From the NCBI GenBank assembly GCA_051439505.1, contig JBFRWI010000059.1, forward strand, positions 1 through 29,131: a stretch of 29,131 bases of DNA, written 5' to 3'. The notes beneath the pieces are model-generated. The model ran no database searches and was not told the origin of the DNA. It worked only from the letters and a program-made list of their open reading frames with translations. Of the stretch, positions 8,017 to 19,045 are shown one piece after another. The DNA is from Hormoscilla sp. (GTDB taxonomy: Bacteria > Cyanobacteriota > Cyanobacteriia > Cyanobacteriales > Desertifilaceae). Made by a program: the position numbers and the translations under genes. Within the stretch, counting starts at the first letter, position 1, and every line of letters begins with the position of its first letter.

Positions 8017-10596
8017 TTAACCATTAGCCCACAAAATCAACCTCGGCAGATAGGGACTGCTGAGATATTTATGCTTGGGCAAGACCCGCAAAGATAAACC
8101 CTGTAAACCACTCTTAGAGTAGGTGATATTAGCAGTGTACATGCTGTTATTGCCATCGCTGCCCTGGAATTCCATTTCCACTGGCACCCCATCGACAATA
8201 TCGCCATTTTCATCGATCGGCCCCTGGTAGAGTTGCACCAGCAAGTCATCAGGCGTGAATGCACCCAGGTTGAGCTGCGCCTTAACTGGCAGAGTTTGAT
8301 TCACCAGCATTTCAGCCGGTTCGGCAATATCGATATCCTCGATTTTGATGTTGTACCAGTGTTCAAACAATTTAGCTCGCCAGTGAGCCAATTCCTTCGT
8401 CGGCTGGTAGTTGTCCGCACTCATAGCAAAGTAGCGATCGCTCGCCGGGAAATACCCCTGCCGGGCATAGTCTTGCACCATCCGGGTGGTATTAAACACG
8501 GGACAATTCAGACGAATTGCGTCCTTCATTTTTTCCAACCAACCACGGGGAATACCCTCCGCATCCCGGTCGTAAAATAGCGGCACGATATCCTGCTCCA
8601 GGATATCGTAGAGGGCCCCCGCCTCGGCATCATCCTGATAATTCTGGTCCTCATAGTCCTCACCAGCACCTATCGACCAGCCAGTACGGACATAATCTGC
8701 CTCATCCCACCAGCCATCCAGTATGCTGAGATTCATCAGACCATTCATCGAAGCCTTCATCCCCGAAGTTCCCGAAGCTTCCCGGGGACGGCGAGGGTTA
8801 TTCAGCCATATATCGCAACCGGCTACCAGCAGCCGCGACATATAGATATTATAGTTGGGCACAAACACCACCCGATCGCCCAGACCTTCCTCGCGCATGC
8901 GCTGGATAATCTCGCGAATCAGTTCCTTACCGGGCATATCCTTCGGGTGGGCCTTTCCAGCAATTACAAACTGCACGGAATGCTTGTTAGATGGTCCGTG
9001 AGCTGTATCCTGTAGAATGCGCTTCATCCGGTCTAGATCGCGCAAAAACAACGTCGCCCGCTTATAAGTAGCAAACCGACGGGCAAACCCGATCGTCAGC
9101 ACTCCGGGATCCAAAACATTACCGGCGGTAGCAATTTCTCCGGGAGAAGCACCCCGTTCCCGCAATGCTTGTTGTAGGTGTTCCCGAACAAACAAGACTA
9201 AATCCGAGCGACGCTGCTCGTGATTGCGCCATAATTCTTCATCGGGAATCTTCAACACTCGTTCCCAGAGTCGGTCCGAAGCCGGTGCTTCCGACCACTT
9301 AGGCCCCAGATAGCGGTCATAGAGTTCCTGAGTCGGTTTCGCCACGCAGCTGCGAGCATGAACGCCATTGGTAATTGGGGCAACAGGAACTTCGTCTACC
9401 GGCAATCCCGGCCAGAGGCTGCGAAATAGAGCCTGACTAACCTTGCCATGTAGCTTGCTGACGCCATTAACAAAGGAACTCATTTTAATGGCGAAGGTAG
9501 CCATATTGAAAGGGGAACTCAAGTCACCCGTATTGGATCGTCCCAGGGCCAGGAACCGCTCCCGTGACAGGCCAAAAACATCGCCATAATACCCCAGATA
9601 ATATACCATTTTATCCCCCGGGAACAGGTCGAAGCCAGCGCTGACCGGGGTATGAGTCGTGAAGATCTGGGACGATCGGGCCGCTTCCCGCGCTTCCGTA
9701 AAGCTGAGTCCCTCTTCTTGGATCATCACCCGCATCCGTTCTAGGGACAGAAAAGCGGAGTGACCCTCATTCATGTGATAGGTCGTCGGTTTCAACCCCA
9801 AAGCTTTCAGGGCCCGTAATCCCCCGATCCCCAGCATGATTTCCTGGTGAATGCGCATATCCTGGTCGCCACCATAGAGCCGGCTGGTAATGCTTTGGTC
9901 GTAGTCACTGTTGGGTTCGATGTTGGTATCCATCATGTACAGGGGCACCCTTCCCACCTGTACCCGCCAGATCTGAGCATGGACCTGACGACCGGGATAA
10001 TCTACCTGAATGCGCAATGGCTGTCCATTAGCATCTCGCTCTAGATGCAGGGGCAGATTGTAAAAATCATTAATGGTATAGCGCTCTTGCTGCCAGCCAT
10101 CAGCATTGAGATATTGGGAAAAGTAGCCTTCCTGGTACAGCAGGCCCACTCCCACCAGGGGTAGACCCAAGTCGCTAGCTGACTTCAGGTGGTCGCCTGC
10201 TAGCACTCCTAGGCCACCAGAGTATATGGGCAGGCAATAGGTCAGGCCAAATTCAGCGGAAAAGTAGGCGTAGCATTCACTGTCCGGGCGCGATCCTTTT
10301 TGTTTGGAATACCAGGAGGTGCCATTCAGGTATTCTTCCATCTGCCGCACGGCCCTGTCCATTTGGGCTACAAAGCCTTCATCCTCAGCGGCTTCATTCA
10401 GTCGTGCTTGAGAGATGGTGCCTAGCATCAACACCGGATTATGGCTCGTCGATTCCCACAGGTCTGGATCTAAGCGTTGAAATAGGTCTTTTGATTCAAC
10501 ATTCCAGTCCCAATGAAGGTTGTAAGCTAGTTCTCGTAACGGTTTCAGCCGCTCTGGTAGAGCGGGAGAAACCTTAAATGTCCGAATCGGCTGCAT
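8017..10596 (-). CDS. glgP: alpha-glucan (glycogen) phosphorylase
   Basis: YSGGLGVLAGD, HMNEGH, ITNGVH, ARRFATYKR and the PLP-site motif EASGTSGMK. Confidence 0.97.
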   Translation of the reverse strand: MQPIRTFKVSPALPERLKPLRELAYNLHWDWNVESKDLFQRLDPDLWESTSHNPVLMLGTISQARLNEAAEDEGFVAQMDRAVRQMEEYLNGTSWYSKQKGSRPDSECYAYFSAEFGLTYCLPIYSGGLGVLAGDHLKSASDLGLPLVGVGLLYQEGYFSQYLNADGWQQERYTINDFYNLPLHLERDANGQPLRIQVDYPGRQVHAQIWRVQVGRVPLYMMDTNIEPNSDYDQSITSRLYGGDQDMRIHQEIMLGIGGLRALKALGLKPTTYHMNEGHSAFLSLERMRVMIQEEGLSFTEAREAARSSQIFTTHTPVSAGFDLFPGDKMVYYLGYYGDVFGLSRERFLALGRSNTGDLSSPFNMATFAIKMSSFVNGVSKLHGKVSQALFRSLWPGLPVDEVPVAPITNGVHARSCVAKPTQELYDRYLGPKWSEAPASDRLWERVLKIPDEELWRNHEQRRSDLVLFVREHLQQALRERGASPGEIATAGNVLDPGVLTIGFARRFATYKRATLFLRDLDRMKRILQDTAHGPSNKHSVQFVIAGKAHPKDMPGKELIREIIQRMREEGLGDRVVFVPNYNIYMSRLLVAGCDIWLNNPRRPREASGTSGMKASMNGLMNLSILDGWWDEADYVRTGWSIGAGEDYEDQNYQDDAEAGALYDILEQDIVPLFYDRDAEGIPRGWLEKMKDAIRLNCPVFNTTRMVQDYARQGYFPASDRYFAMSADNYQPTKELAHWRAKLFEHWYNIKIEDIDIAEPAEMLVNQTLPVKAQLNLGAFTPDDLLVQLYQGPIDENGDIVDGVPVEMEFQGSDGNNSMYTANITYSKSGLQGLSLRVLPKHKYLSSPYLPRLILWANG

Positions 10597-10929
10597 TATC
10601 TATCGGGTCTCCAAGTCCAGCAGTGCTTATTTTCTACCCTTGCGGAGTGCAAATCTGACTATTTTAATACAAGTTTTGACTTCTCGATCTATTTTCGGTG
10701 ACTTTTTGGACTTCGGAAGTGCTAGGCTCTCAGTGGTCAGCCGTCAGCGGGGGTCTCGCCTGCCCGCAGCTTGTCAATCAATTTTCAATTATTGTCCGCC
10801 TTGCACCACCTGAACGCTCGGGGTCATATGTAAATGTCATAACCATTTTCAATTTTCAACCCTTGACTGGTATCATCCCCGTGCAACAATTTTCAATTAA
10901 AATCCCATCACTTGGGAAAAACAATTTTA

Positions 10930-10959
10930 TTTAACTATTTTTTTACTTTTATTTAACCC
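10930..10959 (+). promoter_or_regulatory. cyanobacterial Pho box (SphR/PhoB site) upstream of pstS1
   Basis: TTTAACTA, TTTTACTT and TTTAACCC at 11-bp period (10930, 10941, 10952), matching PyTTAAPyPy(T/A). Confidence 0.8.
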
Positions 10960-11025
10960 GATTTTGATCGAAGCTGTTTAAAGTATGACATCTAAAGCAA
11001 TTCGGCAATTAGGAGAGCCAAACAG

Positions 11026-12069
11026 ATGCAGCATGGTAAAGTCAAAAGACGAGATCTGTTGTTTGCCCTAACAGGTTTGGGTGCAAGTGTTGCAGCCAGT
11101 CAGTTCCGAACTCAGACTGCGCAGGCTCGCGACCCCTTGGGACTATTTGCTCAAGGGCGGACATTCCTCACCGGTGCCGGTGCTAGCTTTCCTGCGCCCT
11201 TGTACGGTCGTTGGTTTGTGGAATACAATCAGCAAAATCCCAACATCGAAGTTAACTATCAGTCAGTTGGCAGTGGGAGTGGTGTCAGGCAATTCATCCA
11301 AGGGACTGTAGATTTTGGTGCTAGCGATGTGGCCATGAAAGATTCGGAAATCGAGAAAGTCCCCAGAGGAGTAGTATTGTTACCCATGACAGCTGGGAGT
11401 GTTGTCGTAGCTTACAATGCGCCAGTTTCAGGGCTAAAGCTGTCCAGAGAACAACTTGCAGATGTATTTTTGGGCAAGATTACTAATTGGCGCGATCTAG
11501 ACGGTCCTAATGCGCCAGTTCGCATAGTACATCGTTCCGATGGCAGCGGCACAACCGCCGTGTTCACCAAATACCTGAATGCTATCAGTAAAAACTGGGC
11601 AAAGGGACCGGGGACAGGGAAGACGATCCAATGGCCTGTGGGGATTGGTGGCAAAGGGAATGAAGGTGTGACAGCTCAAGTCCGGCAAACTCCGGGGTCG
11701 TTCGGCTATGTGGAGTTCGGTTATGCCAAAAATAATGGTCTCAAAATGGCGGCACTGGAGAATAAGTCTGGCAGTTATATAGCGCCTGGTTTAGAGAGTG
11801 CGAAGAAAACTCTGTCGGCGGTGACTTTACCGGAAAACCTGCGTGCCTTTATAGTCGATCCCTCGGGATCGGATTCCTATCCAATTGTGACCTACACTTG
11901 GATCATGGCTTACAAAAACTACTCCGATAGCAAGAAGGCAGGGGCTTTGCAGCAAGTGCTGAGGTGGGCCTTGACCGAAGGTCAAACATACAGCCCCTCT
12001 TTAGGATATATTCCTCTGCCACTCGATGTGAAGGTGAAGGTGCTCGAAGCTGTAAAGAACATTGGATAA
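11026..12069 (+). CDS. pstS: phosphate ABC transporter binding protein, with putative Tat signal
   Basis: GAGASFPAPLY, YQSVGSGSG, DFGASD, HRSDGSGTT and YPIVTYTW. N-terminal KRRDLL...AQA. Confidence 0.95.
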   Translation: MQHGKVKRRDLLFALTGLGASVAASQFRTQTAQARDPLGLFAQGRTFLTGAGASFPAPLYGRWFVEYNQQNPNIEVNYQSVGSGSGVRQFIQGTVDFGASDVAMKDSEIEKVPRGVVLLPMTAGSVVVAYNAPVSGLKLSREQLADVFLGKITNWRDLDGPNAPVRIVHRSDGSGTTAVFTKYLNAISKNWAKGPGTGKTIQWPVGIGGKGNEGVTAQVRQTPGSFGYVEFGYAKNNGLKMAALENKSGSYIAPGLESAKKTLSAVTLPENLRAFIVDPSGSDSYPIVTYTWIMAYKNYSDSKKAGALQQVLRWALTEGQTYSPSLGYIPLPLDVKVKVLEAVKNIG

Positions 12070-12079
12070 CCCAGATCGG

Positions 12080-12099
12080 TAAGGGGCGTGAGCCCCTTA
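12080..12099 (+). terminator. hairpin after pstS1
   Basis: TAAGGGGC-gtga-GCCCCTTA, starting 11 bp after the stop codon. No clear U tract. Confidence 0.5.
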
Positions 12100-12153
12100 A
12101 AATTTGCCCAAAATTAACAAAACATAACTGTTGTGCCGACGAGGTAAGTCAGA

Positions 12154-12194
12154 ATTAAAGATAATTTAACCGCAGGTTAACCAAAGCTTAACCG
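12154..12194 (+). promoter_or_regulatory. Pho box upstream of pstS2-pstCAB
   Basis: TTTAACCG (12165), GTTAACCA (12176) and CTTAACCG (12187) at 11-bp period, with a weaker ATTAAAGA at 12154. A -10-like TAAGCT lies at 12214. Confidence 0.85.
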
Positions 12195-12254
12195 AAGATT
12201 TAAGGTGAGGCGCTAAGCTGCCAATGATAAATTATCGAAACATCTCCCCTTCTT

Positions 12255-13313
12255 ATGCAGTCAGTTTTAAGCTTTAGTCGTAGAGCGGTTTCCATTGCTG
12301 CCGTCTCCCTCACCTTGGGTCTAGCATCTTGCGGTCCTGATAAGAGCGTTAACCTCACGGGTGCTGGCGCCTCATTCCCGGCTCCCCTATATCAGCGCTG
12401 GTTTCAGGATATGAGCGTTCAAAATCCTAACCTACTGGTGGATTATCAGTCAGTTGGTAGTGGCGCGGGGGTGGAGCGGTTTACCCAAGAGCTAGTAGAT
12501 TTTGGAGCCAGCGATGTGGCCATGAAGGATGAAGAAATTAACAAGATCGACAGGGGCGTGCTGATGTTGCCAATGACAGCAGGTAGCATTGTGCTGGCCT
12601 ACAATCTTCCGGGCGTGCAAGAACTGAAGCTATCACGGGAAGCTTATGTAGGTATATTCTTGGGTGACATCACTAAGTGGAACGACCCCAAGATTACCAG
12701 CACGAACCGAGGGGTGAACCTACCCAACCAGACGATCACAGTCGTACATCGTTCTGATGGCAGTGGTACGACAGGAGTGTTCACGAAACATCTGAGTGCG
12801 ATCAGTCCAGATTGGAAAAATAAGGTTGGAGAAGGGAAAACTGTACAATGGCCCACGGGAATCGGCGGGGCGAAGAATGATGGTGTTGCTGCCCAAATTG
12901 GTCAAAATCAAGGTGCGATCGGTTATGTAGAGTACGGGTTCGCTAAGGAAGGTGGTCTGAATGTGGCTTCCCTGCAAAATAAAGATGGCAAGTTTATTAA
13001 ACCGACAGACGAGTCGGCTTCATTAGCTCTGGCTGCAGTGAAACTGCCGGAAAATCTCCGCGCTTTTATTACAGATCCGGCGGGAGCAGAATCTTACCCC
13101 ATTGTTACCTACACTTGGTTGCTGGCTTACAAGCAGTATGATGACCCGAAAATAGCAAAAGCAGTGGAGCAGGTAATTGAATATGGTTTGACTGAAGGTC
13201 AGAAAGTTAGTCCATCCCTTGGCTATATTCCTCTCCCTCAGAACGTCCGCGAAAAAGTCGCCCAGCTGGCTAATCAAATTAGTCCAGACTATGAGATAAA
13301 TGTGAGCAAATAG
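12255..13313 (+). CDS. pstS: phosphate ABC transporter binding lipoprotein
   Basis: Same PstS motifs plus an LASC lipobox. Confidence 0.95.
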   Translation: MQSVLSFSRRAVSIAAVSLTLGLASCGPDKSVNLTGAGASFPAPLYQRWFQDMSVQNPNLLVDYQSVGSGAGVERFTQELVDFGASDVAMKDEEINKIDRGVLMLPMTAGSIVLAYNLPGVQELKLSREAYVGIFLGDITKWNDPKITSTNRGVNLPNQTITVVHRSDGSGTTGVFTKHLSAISPDWKNKVGEGKTVQWPTGIGGAKNDGVAAQIGQNQGAIGYVEYGFAKEGGLNVASLQNKDGKFIKPTDESASLALAAVKLPENLRAFITDPAGAESYPIVTYTWLLAYKQYDDPKIAKAVEQVIEYGLTEGQKVSPSLGYIPLPQNVREKVAQLANQISPDYEINVSK

Positions 13314-13325
13314 CAGCAATATTAC

Positions 13326-13349
13326 GGACAGGCGAAACGCCCGTCCTAC
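13326..13349. repeat. REP-like hairpin GGACAGGCG-AAA-CGCCCGTCC-TAC between pstS2 and pstC
   Basis: Imperfect palindrome with a CTAC (GTAG) foot. Confidence 0.6.
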
Positions 13350-13386
13350 GCAGCGAAAAACTGACAACTAACAAATTAAGTAAATC

Positions 13387-14349
13387 ATGGTTGCGGAAGC
13401 TAATAATGTTCGGGGAGAAAGTCGGGAGCGAACTGCCGGGGAAAAGAATCTAGATCGGGGCTTTATCTGGCTAACCAAAATATTTGCGTTCTTAATAGCA
13501 GCGATTTTAGCAGGGATAGCCCTAACGGTAGCATGGAAGGCAATGCCCGCGATCGGGGAATACGGTCTGGGATTTCTGTTCACCAGTGCTTGGAATCCAG
13601 TTGAGGGGCAGGAGGAATATGGGGCCCTACCCATGATCTATGGAACCCTGGTAAGTTCGGCGATCGCCCTATTGATTGCGGTGCCACTAGGTTTGGGAAC
13701 GGCGATCTTCTTAAGTGAGGATTTTATCCCCCTACAAATTCGCACGATACTGGTGTTCCTGGTAGAGCTGTTGGCGGCTGTTCCCAGTGTAGTCTATGGT
13801 CTGTGGGGTATATTTGTCCTGATTCCGTTCGTCAGCAGACCCCTAGGCAGCTTTCTGCACAATACCTTAGGTTGGTTGCCGCTATTTGCCAGCGAACCGG
13901 TAGGTCCGGGGATGTTACCCGCAGGCATGGTATTGGCAATTATGATTTTGCCGATTATCACAGCCATCTCCCGGGATTCTCTGGCAAGTCTGCCTCCCGA
14001 TCTGCGGCAGGCATCCCTGGGTTTGGGGGCCACCCGCTGGACAACGATCTTTCGGGTGCTCCTGCCAGCAGCATTTTCCGGTATTGTGGGGGGTATCATG
14101 CTCGGACTGGGTCGGGCAATGGGAGAAACGATGGCCGCTACGATGTTAATCGGCAATGCTAATAAAATCGATTTCTCCCTCAATGCCCCGGCAAATACGA
14201 TCGCCTCTTTGATGGCGAATCAATTTGCCGAAGCTTCGGGTCTGCAAGTAGCGGCGCTGATGTATACTGGCCTAGTTCTGTTTGCCATGACCCTGGTGGT
14301 GAATATGTTGGCCGAGTGGATTGTCAGCCAAGTAAAAGCAAAATACTGA
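13387..14349 (+). CDS. pstC: phosphate ABC transporter permease
   Basis: ELLAAVPSVVYGLWG, LGLGATRW and GRAMGETMA. Confidence 0.95.
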   Translation: MVAEANNVRGESRERTAGEKNLDRGFIWLTKIFAFLIAAILAGIALTVAWKAMPAIGEYGLGFLFTSAWNPVEGQEEYGALPMIYGTLVSSAIALLIAVPLGLGTAIFLSEDFIPLQIRTILVFLVELLAAVPSVVYGLWGIFVLIPFVSRPLGSFLHNTLGWLPLFASEPVGPGMLPAGMVLAIMILPIITAISRDSLASLPPDLRQASLGLGATRWTTIFRVLLPAAFSGIVGGIMLGLGRAMGETMAATMLIGNANKIDFSLNAPANTIASLMANQFAEASGLQVAALMYTGLVLFAMTLVVNMLAEWIVSQVKAKY

Positions 14350-14381
14350 TGGCAACTAACAACTGACAACTAACAACTGAC

Positions 14382-15266
14382 ATGGTCCAGAATCGAGAAT
14401 CTTTTGATAAGGGCACTAGCAGTCTGATTCGGAATAACTCAAGTCCGCGAGCAATATTCGGGATAGCGATGACGACATTGGCAGCTACTTGTATCGGACT
14501 GACAATCCTGCCTTTGTTTGCGGTGCTGCTGTATGTTTTGGGAAAAGGGTTTGCCCGCCTGAATTTGGACTTGTTTACTAAGCTACCCCCAGCTGCCGGT
14601 CAGACCGGAGGTGGGATTGCTAATGCAATTATCGGTACTTTGGTTGTGGTGGGAATCGCCTCGGCGATCGCGGTTCCCATTGGCGTATTAGCAGCAGTAT
14701 ATCTCTCAGAGTTTAGCGACAAAGAAACAGCTCGCTGGATTCGCTTTGCTACTAACGTGCTGAGTGGAGTTCCCTCCATCATTGCTGGAGTATTTGCTTA
14801 CAGTCTGATCGTACTAACGACGGGGACATTCTCGGCCCTGGCAGGAGGGGTAGCCCTATCCTTGCTGATGTTACCGACGATCGTCCGTACCACCGACGAA
14901 GCGCTACAAATTATCCCCCAAGATATCAGATGGGCATCAGTAGGAGTGGGGGCTTCTAACTACCAAACAGTTTTATTTATTGTGCTGCCTGCTGCCGTAC
15001 CTGCTATTCTCACGGGAGTAACTCTAGCGGTGGCCCGAGCTGCGGGAGAAACAGCACCTTTAATATTCACAGCCCTCAATTCCAACTTCTGGCCGCGAGG
15101 GTTAATGAATCCTACCCCATCCCTTTCGGTTTTGGTCTATAACTTTGCTACGAGTTTCGATCCCAAGTTGCAGGAGTTAGCCTGGGCGGCTTCCTTGGTG
15201 CTAGTGTTTTTAGTCTTGCTCACTAGCGTTCTCTCTCGCTGGGCAACTCGTAACAAAATGTATTGA
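14382..15266 (+). CDS. pstA: phosphate ABC transporter permease
   Basis: YLSEF, LSGVPSIIAG and ARAAGETAPLIFT. Confidence 0.95.
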   Translation: MVQNRESFDKGTSSLIRNNSSPRAIFGIAMTTLAATCIGLTILPLFAVLLYVLGKGFARLNLDLFTKLPPAAGQTGGGIANAIIGTLVVVGIASAIAVPIGVLAAVYLSEFSDKETARWIRFATNVLSGVPSIIAGVFAYSLIVLTTGTFSALAGGVALSLLMLPTIVRTTDEALQIIPQDIRWASVGVGASNYQTVLFIVLPAAVPAILTGVTLAVARAAGETAPLIFTALNSNFWPRGLMNPTPSLSVLVYNFATSFDPKLQELAWAASLVLVFLVLLTSVLSRWATRNKMY

Positions 15267-15294
15267 TTGACTTGACTCAGGAGTTGCAAAAATT

Positions 15295-16110
15295 ATGGAA
15301 TTGAAAAGGAAAGAGGACAATGAAACTCAGACAGTTATCCAGGCAGAAAACCTCAATATATATTACGGGGATTTCCAAGCAGTTCGGGGTGTTTCATTAA
15401 ACATTCCTAAGCAGCGCGTTACCGCCTTCATAGGACCTTCAGGTTGTGGAAAAAGTACGATACTGCGGAGCTTTAATCGCCTCAACGATTTAGTGAATGG
15501 CTTTCGGCTAGAGGGAAAAATATATTATCAAGGACAGAACCTCTACGATGCCAATATCGATCCAGTCGAGGTGCGGCGGAAGATCGGCATGGTCTTCCAG
15601 AAGCCAAACCCTTTCCCGAAATCGATTTATGATAATATCGCCTATGGGGCCAGGGTCAACGGCATTGCTAAGTCTAAGGATGACATGGATGCTTTGGTAG
15701 AGCGAGCGCTCCGGCAAGCAGTGCTGTGGGATGAGGTAAAAGACAAGCTCAAGCAAAGTGGTTTTTCCCTGTCGGGGGGACAACAGCAGCGTCTGTGTAT
15801 TGCCCGGACAGTGGCGATCAATCCGGATGTGGTGCTGATGGACGAACCCTGTGCTTCCCTGGATCCGATTTCTACCCTCTCCATTGAAGAGTTGATCAAC
15901 CAGTTGAAAGAAAATTATACGCTCATCATCGTCACCCATAACATGCAGCAGGCTTCGCGGGTGGCAGATATGACCGCATTTTTCAATGCCCAGGCAGAAG
16001 AAGGTGGCAAGCGGTTTGGTTATCTGGTTGAGTACGACAAGACGGAAACCATCTTCCAATGTCCCCAGGAGGAAGATACCCAAAGATATGTCAGTGGACG
16101 TTTCGGATAA
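15295..16110 (+). CDS. pstB: phosphate ABC transporter ATPase
   Basis: [32 protein letters not shown] and a YVSGRFG end. Confidence 0.97.
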   Translation: MELKRKEDNETQTVIQAENLNIYYGDFQAVRGVSLNIPKQRVTAFIGPSGCGKSTILRSFNRLNDLVNGFRLEGKIYYQGQNLYDANIDPVEVRRKIGMVFQKPNPFPKSIYDNIAYGARVNGIAKSKDDMDALVERALRQAVLWDEVKDKLKQSGFSLSGGQQQRLCIARTVAINPDVVLMDEPCASLDPISTLSIEELINQLKENYTLIIVTHNMQQASRVADMTAFFNAQAEEGGKRFGYLVEYDKTETIFQCPQEEDTQRYVSGRFG

Positions 16111-16175
16111 ATTCAGCTAATGATACCAATCCAGGGTAGGATAATGGTAATTTGATTGCTATACGATGTGAAAAA

Positions 16176-16586
16176 ATGCTTATTTCACGCTTAGTTTCCC
16201 GTATCCTCCCCCTGGTTTTAGTAGTCGCGATCGCCTTGGTCGGCTGTTCTGCTGGTGGTAAATCAGGTCTGCTTACCGGTAATTATCCCCAAGATACCCT
16301 GATGGTGGTAGACAGTCTGAGAACGGCGGTTACACTACCCGATGATTCCCCAGAAAAAGCTCCAGCTCAGGCGAAAGCTCGCGATCTGATTAATGACTTT
16401 GCCTCTCGCTACCGGCGGGATAGCGCGGTCTCTAACCTGCCGTCCTTCACCACCATGCGCACGGCCTTGAGCGGTCTAGCCGGACATTACAGTTCCTATC
16501 CTAACCGTCCGGTCCCCGAAAAGCTCAAAAAACGGTTAGAACAAGAATTCCGCCAGGTAGAAGCATCTATCAAACGGGGCACTTAG
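16176..16586 (+). CDS. psb27: photosystem II assembly lipoprotein Psb27
   Basis: LVGC lipobox, LTGNYPQDT, INDFASRYRR and SFTTMRTAL..LAGHY. Confidence 0.93.
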   Translation: MLISRLVSRILPLVLVVAIALVGCSAGGKSGLLTGNYPQDTLMVVDSLRTAVTLPDDSPEKAPAQAKARDLINDFASRYRRDSAVSNLPSFTTMRTALSGLAGHYSSYPNRPVPEKLKKRLEQEFRQVEASIKRGT

Positions 16587-16681
16587 TCAGTAGTCAGTGG
16601 TCAGTGGTCAGTGGTCAGTGGTCAGTGGTCAGTGGTCAGTGGTCAGTGGTCAGTGGTCGGTGGTCAGTGGTCAGTGGTCAG
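16586..16681. repeat. heptamer tandem repeat (GTCAGTG)n, about 13-14 units, STRR-like
   Basis: Direct reading. It begins at the psb27 stop codon. Confidence 0.95.
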
Positions 16682-16693
16682 GGTTGAAAGTAT

Positions 16694-16718
16694 GTAAGGT
16701 GGGCAATGCCCACCCTAC
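16694..16718. repeat. REP-like palindrome, inverted copy of 713-737
   Basis: GTAAGGTGGGCAATGCCCACCCTAC. Confidence 0.85.
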
Positions 16719-17049
16719 TGAAGGTTAAAAATTATCACCGAAATAATCTTCAGATATGGCTAAATCAAAAGCAAAAGTTTCATGGCTGAAAAAAATATTT
16801 AACCCAAGAAACAGCTCCAGAACTCCTGCTATTGATGCGATAGAATGGGAGCAAACTTAAAATTGTCTCAGGGCAGAGATGGGATTGATAGAAATGAAAG
16901 ATGTCTTCAAAAAACCAGACAAACGGTACCAGGGGGGTGGTCAAAACCCGTTTTCCATTGATTAATTGTCCGCACCTAAACGCTATTGGCGTTTCCCAGG
17001 CGGGAGCCAGGGAACGAGGAAAATTGAAAATTGAATAAGAGTCATTTGT

Positions 17050-17352
17050 CTATTTTAATGCTTCTGGCATAAACGGAACACTAATTCTCGAACAATACTC
17101 CTTAACTATATCTGTTGTCTTTTATACAAGATCGTCAGCATTAATAACAACAGGTATTTTACCTGTACGATCGACGACTTTATTGAAAAGTTCAAAAAGT
17201 TCTTTATAACCGCATTCCTAAAAATCAAGATCGGGCATTTTATAATAATAGGAAGGCAGCATTTGAGCCGGATCGCGAATCAAAAAAGTATGCTGGAAAT
17301 AATCAATGAACTCATCATTGACAATTTGGATAAAATAATAAGCAAAATCCTT
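17050..17352 (-). pseudogene. sulfotransferase-like (Sulfotransfer_5 type) gene remnant
   Basis: One frame reads KDFAYY..HTFLIRDPAQMLPSYY..DF*ECGYKELFELF..GKIPVVINADDLV*KTTDIVKEYCSRISVPFMPEALK*. It has 3 in-frame stops and no N-terminus. Confidence 0.75.
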
Positions 17353-17621
17353 ACCCCCCAGATGAGAGCTGGTGGGATAGGGAGCAAATGAGCTTCTCAT
17401 TTTAACTATTTTTCCCGAGCATGTCCAGCTAAATACATAAATATAGCATTTCTCATAGAGCCCCTGCTAGCCGCGCTCGATAGCTGAAACCCTGATGCTG
17501 TCTGCAATTTACGCTTAAGAGAGCACGCGCAGAGATCGGATCGCATCAATCGGCAGATAGATCATTGGCAAGATGGTGGGCGGTGCCGGCACTGCCCACC
17601 GAACCCAACCGATCCCAAAAG

Positions 17622-17650
17622 TTGACATCGGGGCGATCGGGAGCTATGAT
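17622..17650 (+). promoter_or_regulatory. sigma70-type promoter of purA
   Basis: TTGACA (17622) - 17 bp - TATGAT (17645). Confidence 0.8.
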
Positions 17651-17671
17651 GGTAGATTGTGTAACTGGTGA

Positions 17672-19036
<1,365 letters not shown>

Positions 19037-19045
19037 CAGCGGAAG

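Noticed and set aside
10830..10843. NtcA-like site GTA-N8-AAC
   Set aside because: Mismatch to GTA-N8-TAC and no correctly spaced -10 identified.
10698..10934. 78-aa ORF between glgP and pstS1
   Set aside because: GTG start, no RBS, low-complexity heptamer-like content, and it lies in a divergent promoter region.
12225..12237. Fur/Zur box-like TGATAAATTATCG before pstS2
   Set aside because: Half-site spacing does not match TGATAATNATTATCA, and the Pho box already explains the region.
17050..17220. Stop-codon recoding as the explanation for in-frame stops
   Set aside because: TAG and TAA terminate normal genes throughout the window and the gene lacks its N-terminus, so nonsense decay is simpler.
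17218..17400. 60-aa ORF as an intact gene
   Set aside because: It is part of the sulfotransferase-like pseudogene, and its first residues look non-homologous.
17470..17520. GCTGAAACCCTGATG motif resembling cyanobacterial CRISPR leaders or IS ends
   Set aside because: No adjacent repeat array or transposase, and too short to support a call.
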